DNA of 63,990 nucleotides, filler included, from Craspedostauros australis (Eukaryota): assembly GCA_030167865.1 (NCBI GenBank). It is 14 parts of 14 records of this genome, joined end to end, with 100 filler letters (N's around TTAATTAATTAA, not from the genome) between each part and the next. Parts side by side here need not be neighbours in the genome. Positions count along the whole stretch, not along the records: positions 31,880 to 39,426 come from JALAGF010005314.1; positions 39,527 to 46,616 come from JALAGF010005315.1; positions 46,717 to 49,436 come from JALAGF010005316.1; positions 49,537 to 52,367 come from JALAGF010005317.1; 10 more parts are not named here. The stretch is one strand, 5' to 3'. The number at the start of each line of letters is the position of its first letter. The stretch's first letter is position 1. Below the pieces are notes generated by a model that saw only the letters and a program-made list of their open reading frames with translations, ran no database searches and was not told the DNA's origin. The translations under genes were made by a program, and so were the position numbers. This document shows positions 36,825 to 50,691 of this stretch, in pieces.

Positions 36825-38911
36825 GAGGAAATTCACGAACCAGCCCTTTTGAAGTGCCGATTTCCACCAACCAGCCTGTTTTGACACTATTTAGTGGTTC
36901 AAAACGTCCAGATGTCCATACGACATCTCATGGACACAGAGGTTTCCCATCGACTTGGAAGGTTAGTATATAAATATAGACTAACTTCACCACACAGGAA
37001 AAGTACAAGCCACGTCATATATGTTTGTCATGAATGCCATAGAATGCATAAAAATAGTCCATACGAATATATAACATCTAATTAAGGGATAATTACTGCT
37101 TTAGTTTGTTGGTATGTGCATAATCCACCTGTTTGCTCCACCTCTTTGCGTTGTGGATCGTATTCTGACCAAACCTTCATTGAAAAGGATAAAATACTAC
37201 ATTCTAACAAGATCGGCGCATCGAGGGCATTCCTATGGGTATAAATCCAGCTTGCAAGTGACTGGATCCAGCTAGAAGGTGTTGCAGATTGTACGCGATC
37301 ACATCATGTGATACCGCACAGTGACTGTGTGCGGTGTGCAGAGCTTTACCCAAACCTTCACATGAAAGATCCAACATGTAAAATTCTACCAACCCCATCA
37401 TTGCGACGGCCCTTCAATGGGCATGGGAGTGGCTTGGGAGGATCCGGATCCTTCTTGAAGAAGTGCTGGTATCCAAATCTACGGATCTTGTGATACTGTG
37501 CGGCACACATGATGTTGTACTCTATTCCAAGTATCTATGCATTCCACAGGCTGTTTTGAGAGATCCGACCAACCACACCACTCCAAGCGTGCCACATAGA
37601 ATCCGAACATGGAGTTTGNAGTCATGGATCCGCCAGGAAGGGATCGAAATCTGCAAATGTGAATATCATGCAGCACTGATCGTTGCACATCCAGCTATAC
37701 GATGTTCTGAGCACATGTACGCAGAAAATTTCGAACACATACCAATCCAACGCTTTGTCCACTCCAAGCACATTCCAAAGAGTACGATCCTGGAGTTTGG
37801 GGCCCTAGATCTGTACGGAAATGATCGATATGTGCAGATGCTGATATTCCCCAGCACTGCGCGGGCCGGGAGTGTGCAGTTCGCATCGCACTGTACAGTA
37901 TTCCGCATATCTATGCATCCGGCCAGCCGTCTTGAGAGATGCGACCAGTGAAGCTACTCCAAGCAGACTCCNAAGGCGATGACCATGGAGTTGAAAGANC
38001 AAGACCTGTTTGGAAAGATGTAANTCTACAGATGCTGATGTCCAGTGGCACTTGGCAGCGCCGTGACATGTGAATCACCTGGGCGCATGCCGATATGCCT
38101 TGTTGACGCCTGTACGGCATCAAACAATAAATCTGCACTCTTTGGAGTGTGTTGTGAGCCATCGAAGTATTGTATTGAAATATGATCAACATTTTCTATA
38201 CACGTATGCTCAGAACACTGTACAGCTTGGTGCGTACCGTTCAGTACTGTGTTATATTCATACCTGCAGAATTAGATCGCTTCCAGACGGATCTAAGACT
38301 TCAAACTCCATGGCTGTAGTCCTTGGAGTGTGTTTGGAGTGGTGCAGCTGATCGGATCTCTCAAAACGGCCTGCCAAATGCATAGATATGCAGAAGACTA
38401 CAGCACGATGCGTATCGCACAGTATTACAATATTTACAGATTTGGATACCAGCATCTCTTCCAGACAGATATAGACACTCGCAAGTTGGTATTTTTCCGA
38501 TTGGAATGCCCTCAATGCGCCGATCTTGTTTGAATGTAGTATTGCTATCTTTCCCAATGAAGGTTTCGTCTGAATACGATCCACAAGCAAGCACTTGGAG
38601 CAAACAGACGGATGCTGTGCTTATCTATGACTAAAACAGGCATTGATTCCCTTCATCAGATGCTATTCATTCTTGTGGACTAATTAATGGCATATTGTTA
38701 CGAGTATAACAAATAAATATGCTGTGGCTTGTACTTTTCATGTGTGGTATTGGTAGTCTATATTTATATACTAGCCTTACGAGCCGACGCGAAATCTCTG
38801 TGTCCATGAGATGTCGCATGGACATTTTGACGGTTTGAGTCGGTAAGCAATACAAAACAGGCTGGTTGGTGGAAATCGGCACTTCAAAAGGGCTGGTTCG
38901 TGAATTTCCTC
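36825..38911. mobile_element. Non-autonomous Mutator-like/foldback DNA transposon (2087 bp)
   Basis: Perfect terminal inverted repeat of about 59 bp (GAGGAAATTCACGAACC...), imperfect inversion extending about 750 bp, exact 10-bp TSD CTATTTTTAC. Confidence 0.92.
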
Positions 38912-39184
38912 CTATTTTTACAGTGCGACCCAAGCTGCAAATAAGAGAAGCTGCCGCAGTACGTCCTCAGGTGAAGTATTTTAGCTCCGTACCACCTCAT
39001 TTTATCTCGGACTAACTATGGATTCTTCATGAGATACTATGGTGGCTGTTGCAATTTGGATCGATACCGTGATGGCATGGTACCTTTTCGAAGTGTTCGT
39101 CGAAACTCCGAAAAGAAGAGAATCTCAGGATCACACAAAAACAGGAGGCGTCCAAAACAAAACCGATAGTAGCAGACTTCATAA

Positions 39185-39420
39185 GAGCCCGATCAGTGAG
39201 TCGACCAATCGTTTGAAATGAAGAGTCTAATCGGATTTCTGGGATTTTTAAACTAAGCACATATTCGCAATCCTTGTAGTCTCTTTATGTACATGTCACC
39301 TTTTCAGTGCTTAGTAAAGCTTATTTTACGTTTTATGCACCAATCAATGTGTTCATTCTAGTCATGTGGATCCAACCACACAAAACCCGTTGTTGTTGGC
39401 AGAAGGTTCTATCATGTTCT
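39185..39420 (+). repeat. Family X terminus-like block, copy 2
   Basis: Colinear motifs shared with 7595-7830. Confidence 0.65.
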
Positions 39421-39725
39421 CATGTANNNNNNNNNNNNNNNNNNNNNNNNNNNNNNNNNNNNNNNNNNNNTTAATTAATTAANNNNNNNNNNNNNNNNNN
39501 NNNNNNNNNNNNNNNNNNNNNNNNNNAACGTCGCCTCTCAGTTCACCCACAAACACCAGCCGGAGGGAACGCCCACACCAAGCCTGGCTGAGTCGAGTTG
39601 AGCTGACGGAAAGGTGTCGGAAGATCACCAACTGCCACTGTCATTGCCGTCGTTGTCGCCATTGCCGTCAGTAATCCATATAGTACACGTGATACCTGGA
39701 CTACTACATCCACGAAGGCACAGAG

Positions 39726-40998
39726 ATGAAGCAGAAGCAGAAGCAGCGGGCATCAACGAGAAGATATTCCTGCGGGAGGGTTATTCTGGCGATCGGGGTC
39801 GTGCTATCCGTCGCCCAGCTCTTGGCCCACATCAAAACCACCCCGGTGAGTTTCGTCGGATATGACATATCCGCTGCAAGCAATACGGAGAGCGAGCCCA
39901 AGGATGACCTTGAGCAGTATTTCAAGTTGGCGTACGATGAGTCCTACGGCGTGCTGGATGGCATCCCCAATGACAAATGGAAACAAGCACAGTCCTGGGC
40001 TCGAAGCTTTGGCTTCCACAAGTACCCGGACAAGCCAGAGAGATGGCTCGGCAGAGGACTGCACTTATGGTTCCTCTTCAACTACGAGCCCTACTTCGCA
40101 TGCCCGTACAACAAACGAATCGGCGGGTTGGGAGATGGCCCCAAATGGACTTGCAACCTGGATCGTCTCAAGGACATCGGTNNNNNNNNNNNNNNNNNNN
40201 NNNNNNNNNNNNNNNNNNNNNNNNNNNNNNNGGTTGGGAGATGGCCCCAAATGGACTTGCAACCTGGATCGTCTCAAGGACATCGGTCAGGATCGTTGGA
40301 AGGCGGATGTAGCAAGTGGCAAGCACATTTCCATCAACGCTGACGACGGCGGCGAATCACCATCGTCTACTGCTGCTGCTGTAGCCACAGCTGAGTACGA
40401 TGCATCGAAGTACGGCTGCCTCGTCTACTCCATCGGAAGCGAAGGGAACTACCTCTTCGAGGATGCCATCTATGGACAGCTTGGCAGGGAGGCGTGCGAA
40501 ATCCACGTGTTCGATTATTCAGGTAACTACGACCGCAAGGAGAACGCTGAGAGGAACATCCACTTCCATCAGTGGGGATACAAGGGATCCAAGACCCAAG
40601 ACTCCGACCTCCCAGCCGGCAAGGCTCACATGTTCGTCGATCTGTTCGAGATCATCAAACGGTTGGGACACCAGGACCGAGTCATCGATCTCTTCAAGAT
40701 CGACTGCGAGGGTTGCGAGTACGTCTCCTACGAAGACTTCACCAAGTACGAGAAGATTAGGCAGATTCTGATCGAGGTTCATGCCCCACCACGACTCCGC
40801 GATGAAGACGCCAAGGCCCCGAACGCGCAAGCAGAATCGCCGTTGCAAAGACAAACCAAGGTGCTGGTCAACTTCTTTGATTCTTTTGCTCAGAATAATC
40901 TCATCATGTTCTCGAAGGAACCCAATCCATGGTCCAGAGGATCATGCCTGAAGTACTCCTTCATCCGTCTCAAACCATCGTTCCTCAATCCCAACTGA
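39726..40998 (+). CDS. Methyltransf_22/METTL24-like (FkbM-related) methyltransferase, type II membrane
   Basis: N-terminal TM; RIGGLGDGPKWTC, CLVYSIGS, CEIHVFD, IDLFKIDCEGCE, RQILIEVH; frame switch lies in the N-gap with a duplicated segment. Confidence 0.88.
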
Positions 40999-41121
40999 AC
41001 CATCCACAACAGCCATGGACCTCAGGTCGATAATATCATTGTGACTATTCAACACTTTGCATAATATAATACAAGGTACGACTACTCGCACATTGCCATA
41101 ATCTGTGAGTGTGGAAATTAA

Positions 41122-41355
41122 GACCCATGCGCGTGAGTCTACCTACCGTTTGTAAAGTAGAGTGGCACTTTTTCTTCGATTTTAACAGAACCAAGCATGT
41201 AACTCTACTCCTTATAGTCTCCATAGCAACAGGAAAATTACCCAGAATCTCAAAGTCCATAGTTTAAGCTTTATGGATCATCCAATATTTGGAGTCGAGT
41301 AGATCAAACGTCATTTTCCGCACTGTAGTTTTTCGGAAAGTTCTTTGCTGTTCTA
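41122..41355 (+). repeat. Family X terminus-like block, copy 3
   Basis: TTAA|GACCCATGCGCGTGAGTCTACC, AACCAAGCA, TAGTCTCCATA, TTTAAGCTTTATGGAT; lies upstream of the second family X ORF. Confidence 0.55.
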
Positions 41356-43954
41356 AGTGAATAACGAAAGGCGTCAGTTAAATTTCGTCAGTTCGCGTCG
41401 TTTTTCGCGTGTCCGAGATGTCCCCATAGATGGAACAAATCCGGATTGGATCGTTGTTGTTGTTGTTTGACAATAGGGACGGACTTTGTGTTTTTGTTGC
41501 TGTGAGAAAATTGTTTGTTGCGTTGTCTTGAGCAAGCGTTCAATGTCGCAACTCGGACCGACTGATGAAGTCATTTGGTGTCAGAGTTTACGATGGGAAG
41601 ACGAGAGTGAATGCAATTGATTTGTACTGTGTTTGAAGAGTGTTTTGAGTTGTGAACTTTTGCATTTTATGATTAAGTTGATGATAAAGATAATGAAGAT
41701 GATGATGAAGACAATGAAGAGACAACAATCAGGCAGGACATGTTTCTTGGCAGTGTTGTTTGCAGGAGATTTCCTGCAGGCATCATTGTGCTCTCTGCAG
41801 AGCAAGACACTTGGCTGTGTGCCTTGTTTCACTCCTTTCTTGCAATGTATTGATCCTTCAAGCATCTCATGTTCTCCTGCTGATCTTGGTTCGTTCTGGA
41901 GCAGCAGAGTCATGACTCCTACTTCTATCATTCTGTTTATGTCAAGGACTGAGGTCATACATACAAGAAGTCTTTGCAGTTCAATCCAATCACTCTTGTG
42001 ATTCAAATATAAGCTGCAATGAACCTCTTGATAAACATCAGTGATTGGCAGTCTCCAATCCCTTGTTTCTCTGCAGTTCCCATTTGGTCTTGGTTCGTAC
42101 CGAGGGGTACACGCAACGTGTTGGCGGACAGTCGTGAGAAAACCAAGACCAAATATTTTTGGGGGGAAAATGTCAAATTGGACTAATCCGATTACAAGGA
42201 AACTCTGAAGAGTGTCCTGCTTTCGGATGTCCAAGGCCTCATGTTGTAACTGTGTCCATTCACGTTGGTGTCTCCAGCTTTTTCCTTCCTCCTCGAGCGT
42301 TTCGAACACGTTAAACAATGTTAGCCGCTCCGGAATCGATTGACATTTCCCGTTTGTGGACATCACACACATCACACACATGATCGCCACATGCGCACGA
42401 CCACATCGTCGCCACGCAGACACATAAACCGTCACATTTTGCTTCATTCCAAAGGTTCCTCCACCGATGCAATGCTCATTGTATCTGTTGTGCTGCGGTT
42501 GTCGTGCGAGGAGTGAGAGTACAAATGACATTGGCAGTTGTTGTTTTCGCTGCTGCATCCAACACCTCCATCGGCATCACCTCCTCCACTCGCTTTCATT
42601 CAGTGTTCTCCAGTGCAATTCATCGAACAATCAATCAATCAATCAATCAATCAACCTACTCTGCTACCATCAACACCATGTCCTCCACCGTCGCGAAAGC
42701 CTCAATCAAGGGTGAAAACCCATCTCCTCGTAAGAAGCCTCGTTCCTGTGTTGCCCCCCTCGATTCTCCTTTTGATTCGGATGGCAACTTGGCACCTACT
42801 TGTGAGCAGCTGTTGCCCAACAAGTTGTCTGCTGGATTGCGGAAGCCCACCGACATCACTCACGCGATCGAGGTGAAGCCGATGCTTCCAGTGGACAGCA
42901 ACCTTGTTCCAACTTTGGTGCATGTCGATGCCGCCAACTTGCGCGTCGACGTGCGCCTGTCCAGTGCGGCTGGTGTCATCTTTGATACACCAACGGTCAC
43001 ACTGCGTACGGTTGGACAAGGTGTCGATGCGATCACAGTGGTGGACGTCAACGTCAACGTGCCGCATCCCGTTGCGTCTCCTGCCAAACCAACTACCCGC
43101 ACAAGCACTGCACGACACGCAAACGCTGTCGCTGGAGCCGCTTCCACCCGTGTTGATGTTGACAGCGACAACGACTACGTGGATGGCCATGATCGCAGAA
43201 AGAAGCGAACAGGACGCAACAGAATCATCAAGAAAACGGTGAGAGGATGGCGTCGCGATGCGTTGGTCCGCGTCGCAGGTTTGGTTAAGTCTGGCCTATC
43301 TCCAAAACTGTTCGACTGTATGCCAAAGACAGATTCGCACTTGGAGGAAAACACAACAAGCAAGTCTGGTGCAACATCAAACTGCTGTGGGCACCAATTG
43401 CTTCTGCACTCTGGGGTGTGTTGCTCCCCAACGAAGCGTCACCAACTCGCCAGATGCATGAGGTGGTGCAATTTGTCCGAGCTAGGCAACCACTGCCACC
43501 ACTGAGGCTTGCACCAAATCTGTACCGCATTTGTGTTGGAGGGAGCAAGCTTATGCACCTTTGCGCGAGAGCCGTTCTCGCACAGTCTGCATCTCCAAAA
43601 GCATGCACAGACATTCTCACTGGATACTCCAATGGATTGCCAGAGGAAGAACGCGTGCGTGTACATAGTAATCGATTAAGTGTCACTAAAAGCCAACATA
43701 ACACATTGCATCGTTACCATGACATGTTGAGCGATGGGGAAACCATTCCTCCCAAAGTTCTTCAATACCGTGTGACTGCGTGTGCTTTGTCTGGTGTGGT
43801 GTCCTTTCTCTGCACTATTGTCGGAATGTGTGTACTCGGATGTGTATGCATCAGTCACACTTGCTTGCCGCCGTCTAGACTATTTGGTGGCGGAATCACG
43901 ACACAAAACTATGACGTCACAGCGATACCATCGCTGTACCACGAGGACACTGCG

Positions 43955-45400
43955 TGTTGGAAATCCGGGGTGGTGTGATAGTAGAGAACTAATCGTTTGT
44001 TAGAATCTACTTCTCTGAACTGTGAGCTCTTCATTGCTCTCAATCTCAAAGTTCGATCTCCTCCTGAGATGATAGAACGATAATGAAAACGAGGGTAACT
44101 TACTGTACGCCGAAGGGTGATCAATCCGTGGTAGTGCAGTAGGTTGGTGAGTTTGTGTGTGAGTGTGTGTCTTAGTCTTAAAAGCTGATACGAATCCAAA
44201 TGAGACTTTCAAAAGGATTGTGAGCAGGTGATGAGCAGCATCCATTGTAGTTGGATCTGCATCATCTCTATTAGTAGTATCATAGCGGAGCGTTGAGTCT
44301 CCCACGTGCAATCATCGCGGTGCCGATGTTGCCATTCGAGAGAGGAGACATCAATTTCGTGATGGTCGGAGAGAGAGTTTGTTGTTCACTCTCTTCCGAT
44401 CGCTTTTGGGGAATGATGTTTATTCAACGGTCTGGTACGTTTGTCCATCCAGGACAACCCATGTCACACCCATAAGTGGTGTGGGACGGCATGATCGCCC
44501 AAACCCAAATTCAGCGGACACGCGACATCGTCATAAGTAGAGCACGATTCGTGGGGAGAGACCCCGTGGGACCCCATCCCACCGACATCGAGTCACGCTT
44601 CAATCCCGCTCAAACACTCTGAGCAGTCGGACAGTTGACTAACTAGACTAAATCTTAACACGACTAATGGGAATACTAGTTTGAGCTAATATGAGATCAC
44701 CACGGGTCCCTCTGTTGGTCTAGCAGGCATTCATCTTGCATTCATTGCAATTTCATCATAGACATGCGTGCACCACCGAGTATCCCATGTTCGTGCACAA
44801 AAGCAAGTTGTCCTCCACTGATAGTTTCGATGCCTTAGACATCGCCGAGTTGTAGGCATCACACAGATCGGTTCATTCGGTCAGATCACGGTCTCCCATT
44901 CATCACAGGAACACCTTGGTTGGGAACTCATTCAGCTCCTCGACCATCACTCATCTCCGATCATCTCCGATGTTTCATCTGTCGTTTCTCCGCTTACTTC
45001 GCCGATCACTTCACCGGCTTCCTGGAGGTTCCTCATACCAGGTTCGTTCACAGGCCGTCTCACTCTACGTGACATCGGCCTTCCTCCAGTACTCTTTTCT
45101 CATTGGCTGCAACATGGGGGCCGTAGTCACTCGTATCGTGATGTTGGTCACGATTCCAACATCCCTGCCCCCTGCGACATTCACGTGTGATTGGCATTCC
45201 TGCATTGAGGTCACGAACGCCAAGGTACGGTTCGCATTCGGCACGTGTCGTTATCCATCACCAAAACACGTGCAGCTCACATTTTTCTGTCACAAAGATC
45301 CAAAGGTGGGAGTTGAGGTAATGTATCATATCATGATATTTGGCTCCTTACTCCTGGGAGGTGCGGCAATTCGGTGTTTCAGAACACCCGATTCCTGACA
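43955..45400. mobile_element. Family B element nested in C
   Basis: TGTTGGAAAT...TTCCTGACA; flanks ACTGCG/ACTGCA. Confidence 0.9.
44070..44691. mobile_element. 622-bp solo-LTR-like insertion nested in B
   Basis: Absent from the B copy at 26917; TGATAG...CTAATA with TSD TGAGA (TGAGAT if the boundary is shifted by one base). Confidence 0.8.
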
Positions 45401-46716
45401 ACTGCAATACCACGACGCCAGGATACCACGATACCAGCGGATACCACAGTATCCACCACACGTAACGTCACATCAAGGCCTTACCTACCAGGTCTACAGG
45501 AATGAAATATGTTGTGAATATTCCATCAGATTCAATCAATCATCAGATTCAACAAAACCCAAGAACGGAACAACGACGAGACAACGAGAGAGAAAAGACA
45601 ATGTTGCCGATCAAGTCAACATCAACGAGCAACATGAAAGCAATGTGCATGGAGGTGCAAGAGGATTGCACCAAGCAATGAGAGCAAGGAAGAGATGGAT
45701 CAAGAGAGCATCTTGATCACCTCATTCCCCACGCTTGCTCACCAACAATCAATAGCAACAACAGTAACAGTAACAGAAACAGAAACAGAAACACTTTGAG
45801 AAAGAGTGTGGCTACAACCAATTCTCCGTGCGCTGAGCCTTCCAACACACTATGACCACATACAAGGTTGGCTTGTGCCACGCAGTGGAGTGGGAAGGAG
45901 TTGTATTCGAGAATGTTCCGGTCTTCGATCATGGAGGAAAAAGCGTCATGGCGCTGTTCGACATGTACAAGACTACCACTACCAACCCAGTGGGCAAGCC
46001 AGCATTTAAGGAGATGACTAAGCTACTAACACAATGAGGCAAAGTGAACACAGGGCTGTCTTCCTTCAAAAGTCACTTCTTGTTGGCGATGCTCACTCTC
46101 AAACGCACGATCTCGCGTCTCGTCACACTTTTGAAGGCTAAGTATCCTGCAACACATGATGCCGAGGACGAGAATGACGTGATATCCCAACATCTGCGCA
46201 CAGCCGAGTCTCTGATGTATGCGTTGGAACTTCTTGTTGTCTTCGTCAAATGGGAATTCACTGCCTCTCACATGCAGATGGAGTGTGACGACTCACTGCA
46301 CTCGGCTCAATTCGCGCTCACGCCCAATGAGGAGAAGAAGAAAACAACGAAACGATCCCAACCAACTCGAGCACGTACCAACAAGCACAAGCTCCAGAAG
46401 AAGAGCACTCCAACAAACATCATCGCTTCAGTCACCAATGACACTCCAAGCATCACAATTGATATTCCTGACATCACTCGTGTGACAGATGCTGCTGCCA
46501 ATGCCACCACCACTGACAAAAATGAACAGCCTTGATAATCAGCAATTACACACAGGACAAGAGGGGAGCACCAAACACTGCACTTACTACGCCGCCAGGG
46601 TGATCAAGCCAAGAGGNNNNNNNNNNNNNNNNNNNNNNNNNNNNNNNNNNNNNNNNNNNNTTAATTAATTAANNNNNNNNNNNNNNNNNNNNNNNNNNNN
46701 NNNNNNNNNNNNNNNN

Positions 46717-48463
46717 CCATGAGGTGTGTCTATCATCGTACCTGCGATATCTCTGTTGAATATTGACCCGTCTGCGTGGAAGTTGGGTCCTCCTGTTTCC
46801 AGTGGAGTTGTGATGGTCTCTTCGGGCGTCACATATCCCTCGCTGTCATTAGGTTCTGACTCATCACTTGATCCGAGATCTCGCTCNNNNNNNNNNNNNN
46901 NNNNNNNNNNNNNNNNNNNNNNNNNNNNNNNNNNNNNNNNNNNNNNNNNNNNNNNNNNNNNNNNNNNNNNNNNNNNNNNNNNNNNNNNNNNNNNNNNNNN
47001 NNNNNNNNNNNNNNNNNNNNNNNNNNNNNNNNNNNNNNNNNNNNNNNNNNNNNNNNNNNNNNNNNNNNNNNNNNNNNNNNNNNNNNNNNNNNNNNNNNNN
47101 NNNNNNNNNNNNNNNATTTCTTCGGCTCTGCTGCTGCGATCCGCGTCGTCGGCCTCCATGCTCTTGATGGTCTCCGATCGTCGCTCCCAAGTTGTTCTCG
47201 TAGCTTGGGTGTTCATACCCGACGTAGAGTTGTCATCTTCTAGATCTATCAGCACAGATCTGTTGGCATTCTCGATACCTCTGAATTGCCTGTATGACTG
47301 ATTCATCCATGTCACGTCTCTCGTGATTAGGATTTTGGTTGTAGCGAGATTCAGCATTCGATATACTCCTTTCGCGTGCGATTGGCCGTAGCCGACGAAC
47401 ATGGCTGGTCTGGATCTATCGTCCAGCTTAGCCTTTATCGTACGACCGCCGATGTATACCATGCCTATTTCTTCGAATTTCGTAATCCATCCACGAATGT
47501 TGGGATGCGGTTGTTGAAGAGAACACATGCTGGTTCTCTTGTTTTCGTCTCGATAATATTTTCGAGCTGAGTCGCGGTTCGGGCTGCCTCCGCCCACAAT
47601 TTTCCACGCACTGTTTTGGGTAGATGCGTTTGGTTGAGCATGGAGCGGACTTTCCCGTACAACGTGGCGAATTTTCTTTCCACGCGACCGTTCTGTTGGG
47701 GAGTGGAAGCGGCGGTGTATTCAAACGTTGGGCCGAATCCTGCGCTGAGAAGCTGTTTTTCCGCGGCATAATTCTCTCCCGCGTTGTCACATCTGATATT
47801 TTTCACANNNNNNNNNNNNNNNNNNNNNNNNNNNNNNNNNNNNNNNNNNNNNNNNTCTCCGACTTCACTTTTCTCTTTCAAAAAGTAACTCCAGCAGTAA
47901 TCACTGTAATCATCGATGACAAGGAGCCAATATTTTCCTTGTCCGTAGCTGTGNNNNNNNNNNNNNNNNNNNNNNNNNNNNNNNNNNNNNNNNNNNNNNN
48001 NNNAATTTTCGTAGTCCATCCACGAATGTTGGGATGCGGTTGTTGAAGAGAACACATGCTGGTTCTCTTGTCTTTGTCTCGATAATATTTTCAAGCTGAG
48101 TCGCGGTTCGGGCTGCCTCCGCCCACAATTTTCCACGCACTGTTTTCGGTAGGTGCGTTTGGTTGAGCATGGAGCGGACTTTCCCGTACAANNNNNNNNN
48201 NNNNNNNNNNNNNNNNNNNNNNNNNNNNNNNNNNNNNNNNNNNNNNNNNNNNNNNNNNNNNNNNAATCCTGCGCTGAGAAGCTGTTTTTCCGCGGCATAA
48301 TTCTCTCCCGCGTTGTCACATCTGATATTTTTCACATGTGCCTGTTGGTTGGAGTGAAGCCATCGGAGGAGCGTGATCAGCTTCTCTCCGACTTCACTTT
48401 TCTCTTTCAAAAAATAACTCCAGCAGTAATCACTGTAATCATCAATGACCAGGAGCCAATATT
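46717..48463 (-). mobile_element. Ty1/copia integrase core, fragmented and duplicated by assembly
   Basis: [64 protein letters not shown]. Confidence 0.92.
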
Positions 48464-49254
48464 TGTCGAGATGTACATGTGCGTATATGTTGAGATGTAC
48501 GTGTATATGTGCATCGTTCACCCGCTATTCTCTCATACGCACTTGGACGGTATAACTAGACTCATGTCAATAGTATGTTGTAATTCGTCAGAATTACAAC
48601 GGAAATGGAACACACGAAAAGGGGCAAGATTTCTGGAGGAAATTTGCAAATAACGATTTCTGAGAGAATTGGAAGATCNNNNNNNNNNNNNNNNNNNNNN
48701 NNNNNNNNNNNNNNNNNNNNNNNNNNNNNNNNNNNNNNNNNNNNNNNNNNNNNNNNNNNNNNCTGCATCACCAATGGAACGTGACATCTGGAGAGCAGAA
48801 GGACGCCTACTGACGTTGACAGGATGTCAACATGTCACCACGTCGACATCTGTCTCCAACTCAGAGCAGGAGGTGAAGATCAGATGACCGAAGAAGATCA
48901 TGGATACTGAAGGTGAACTTCAAATGGTAAGTACTCATGGAGTAGGAACCAGTACTGAATGAACAGAGTGCCAAATGCGGAGTACGCATCGAACACGGAG
49001 GATCGTGTAGCACGAGCACACGATGTTGAGAGAGAGAGAGAGAATACAGAGAGGAGCGAGAGAGGATCTCGTGTACCGACTCATAGTCGGAGACCGTATC
49101 TACGAAACAGATTGAAGCGCCGAGAGCATCGGGCAAGAGAACGAACGGACACCGAGAGGATCGGAGTGCCAACGTAATGAAATAGCAAACAGACGACTAT
49201 CAACCAACACCATCTTCCACGATCGTAGGCTTCCGTGAGCGGAACTTGCCAACA
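48464..49254 (+). mobile_element. Family A element
   Basis: TGTCGAGATG...ACTTGCCAACA; no TSD. Confidence 0.85.
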
Positions 49255-49895
49255 CGTTTATAAACGATAGATCAGGACGAGCCTGCGGATCGGATCGTAC
49301 GAGGAAGACGAACATCGTTCAAGAGCAGCAGGCTGAATGAGCGAGGAAGAGGAATTGAAAGACATCCCTCTGTCCAATCCGACTATCAAGAGAGAAGAAG
49401 GTGCGAGTGAGACTCCACCACGACAAGAGAAGGAAGNNNNNNNNNNNNNNNNNNNNNNNNNNNNNNNNNNNNNNNNNNNNTTAATTAATTAANNNNNNNN
49501 NNNNNNNNNNNNNNNNNNNNNNNNNNNNNNNNNNNNACTCCCCCACTAAATCCATACAGCTGCAGCAAAGCAAAGTAGGCTGGATGGCCATGATTTAGGG
49601 CAGATGGGCGATGCAGTGGAGCGGAGTGCGCAAGCACCTCCCATGGTACCTCACAATCGCAGGCGCGCCCTCGACTACTTCACAATTGGCAGGACAGTGT
49701 CACCAACCTCATGTGGCACACGACACTGATGCAATGGCAGGATCAGACCAAGGTCAAGGCGTCCCAGACTTCCGATGACACGATGCCTGTGCTGCTCCAA
49801 TATTTTCAGATGCTGTGAACATGCCTGCCAACCACCATCCCTGCAGTCCTGCACCCACTTTGGGAGCATCATCCGCACACTGAACAGACCGCCCA

Positions 49896-50691
49896 TGTCG
49901 AGATGTACATGTGAGTATATGTCGAAATGTACGAGTATATGTGCATCGTTCACCCATTATTCTCTCATACACACTTGGACGGTATAACTACATTCGTGTC
50001 AATAGTATGCTGTGATTCGTCAGAATTACAGGGGAAATGGAACACACGAAAAGGAGCAAGATTTCTGGAGGAAATTTGCAANNNNNNNNNNNNNNNNNNN
50101 NNNNNNNNNNNNNNNNNNNNNNNNNNNNNNNNNNNNNNNNNNNNNNNNNNNNNNNNNNNNNNNNNNNNNNNNNNNNNNNNNNNNNNNNNNNNNNNNNNNN
50201 NNNNNNNNNNNNNTGACATCTGGAGAGCAGAAGGACGCCTACTGACGTCGACAGGATGTCATCGTGTCACCACGTCGACATCTGTCTCCAAGTCAGAGCA
50301 GGAGGCAAAGATCTGATGACCGAAGGGCATCAAGATCATGGATACAGAAGGTGAACTTCAAATGGTGAGTACTCATGAAGTAGGAGCCAGTACTGAATGA
50401 ACAGAGTGTTGAATGTGGAGTACGCATCGAGCACGGAGTATCGTGTAGCACGAGCACACGATGTTGAGAGAGAGAGAGAGTACAGAGAGGAACAAGAGAG
50501 CATCTCGCGTACCGACTCATAGTCGGAGACTGAATCTACAAAACAGATTGAAGCACCGAGAGCATCGGGCAAGAGAACGGATGTACACCGAGAGGATCGG
50601 AGTAGCCAACGTAATGAAATAGCAAACAGACGACTATCAACCAACACCATCTTCCACGATCGTAGGTTACCGTGAGCGGAACTTGCCAACA
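49896..50691 (+). mobile_element. Family A element
   Basis: TGTCGAGATG...ACTTGCCAACA with 6-bp TSD CGCCCA. Confidence 0.9.

Larger units (their letters stand above)
43819..45847 (+). mobile_element. Family C element hosting two nested insertions
   Basis: TGTCGGAATG...CCTTCCAACA with 6-bp TSD CACTAT. Confidence 0.9.
42678..46535 (+). pseudogene. Family X ORF copy 2: frameshifted, with nonsense codon and nested LTR insertions
   Basis: Paralog of 8329-9671; frameshift near 43350; removing 43819-45853 rejoins SFLCT|MTTYKV; TGA at 46035-46037. Confidence 0.65.

Noticed and set aside
41581..42558. 325-aa minus-strand ORF
   Set aside because: No recognisable domain; partly low-complexity and CpG-eroded, so it cannot be supported as a gene
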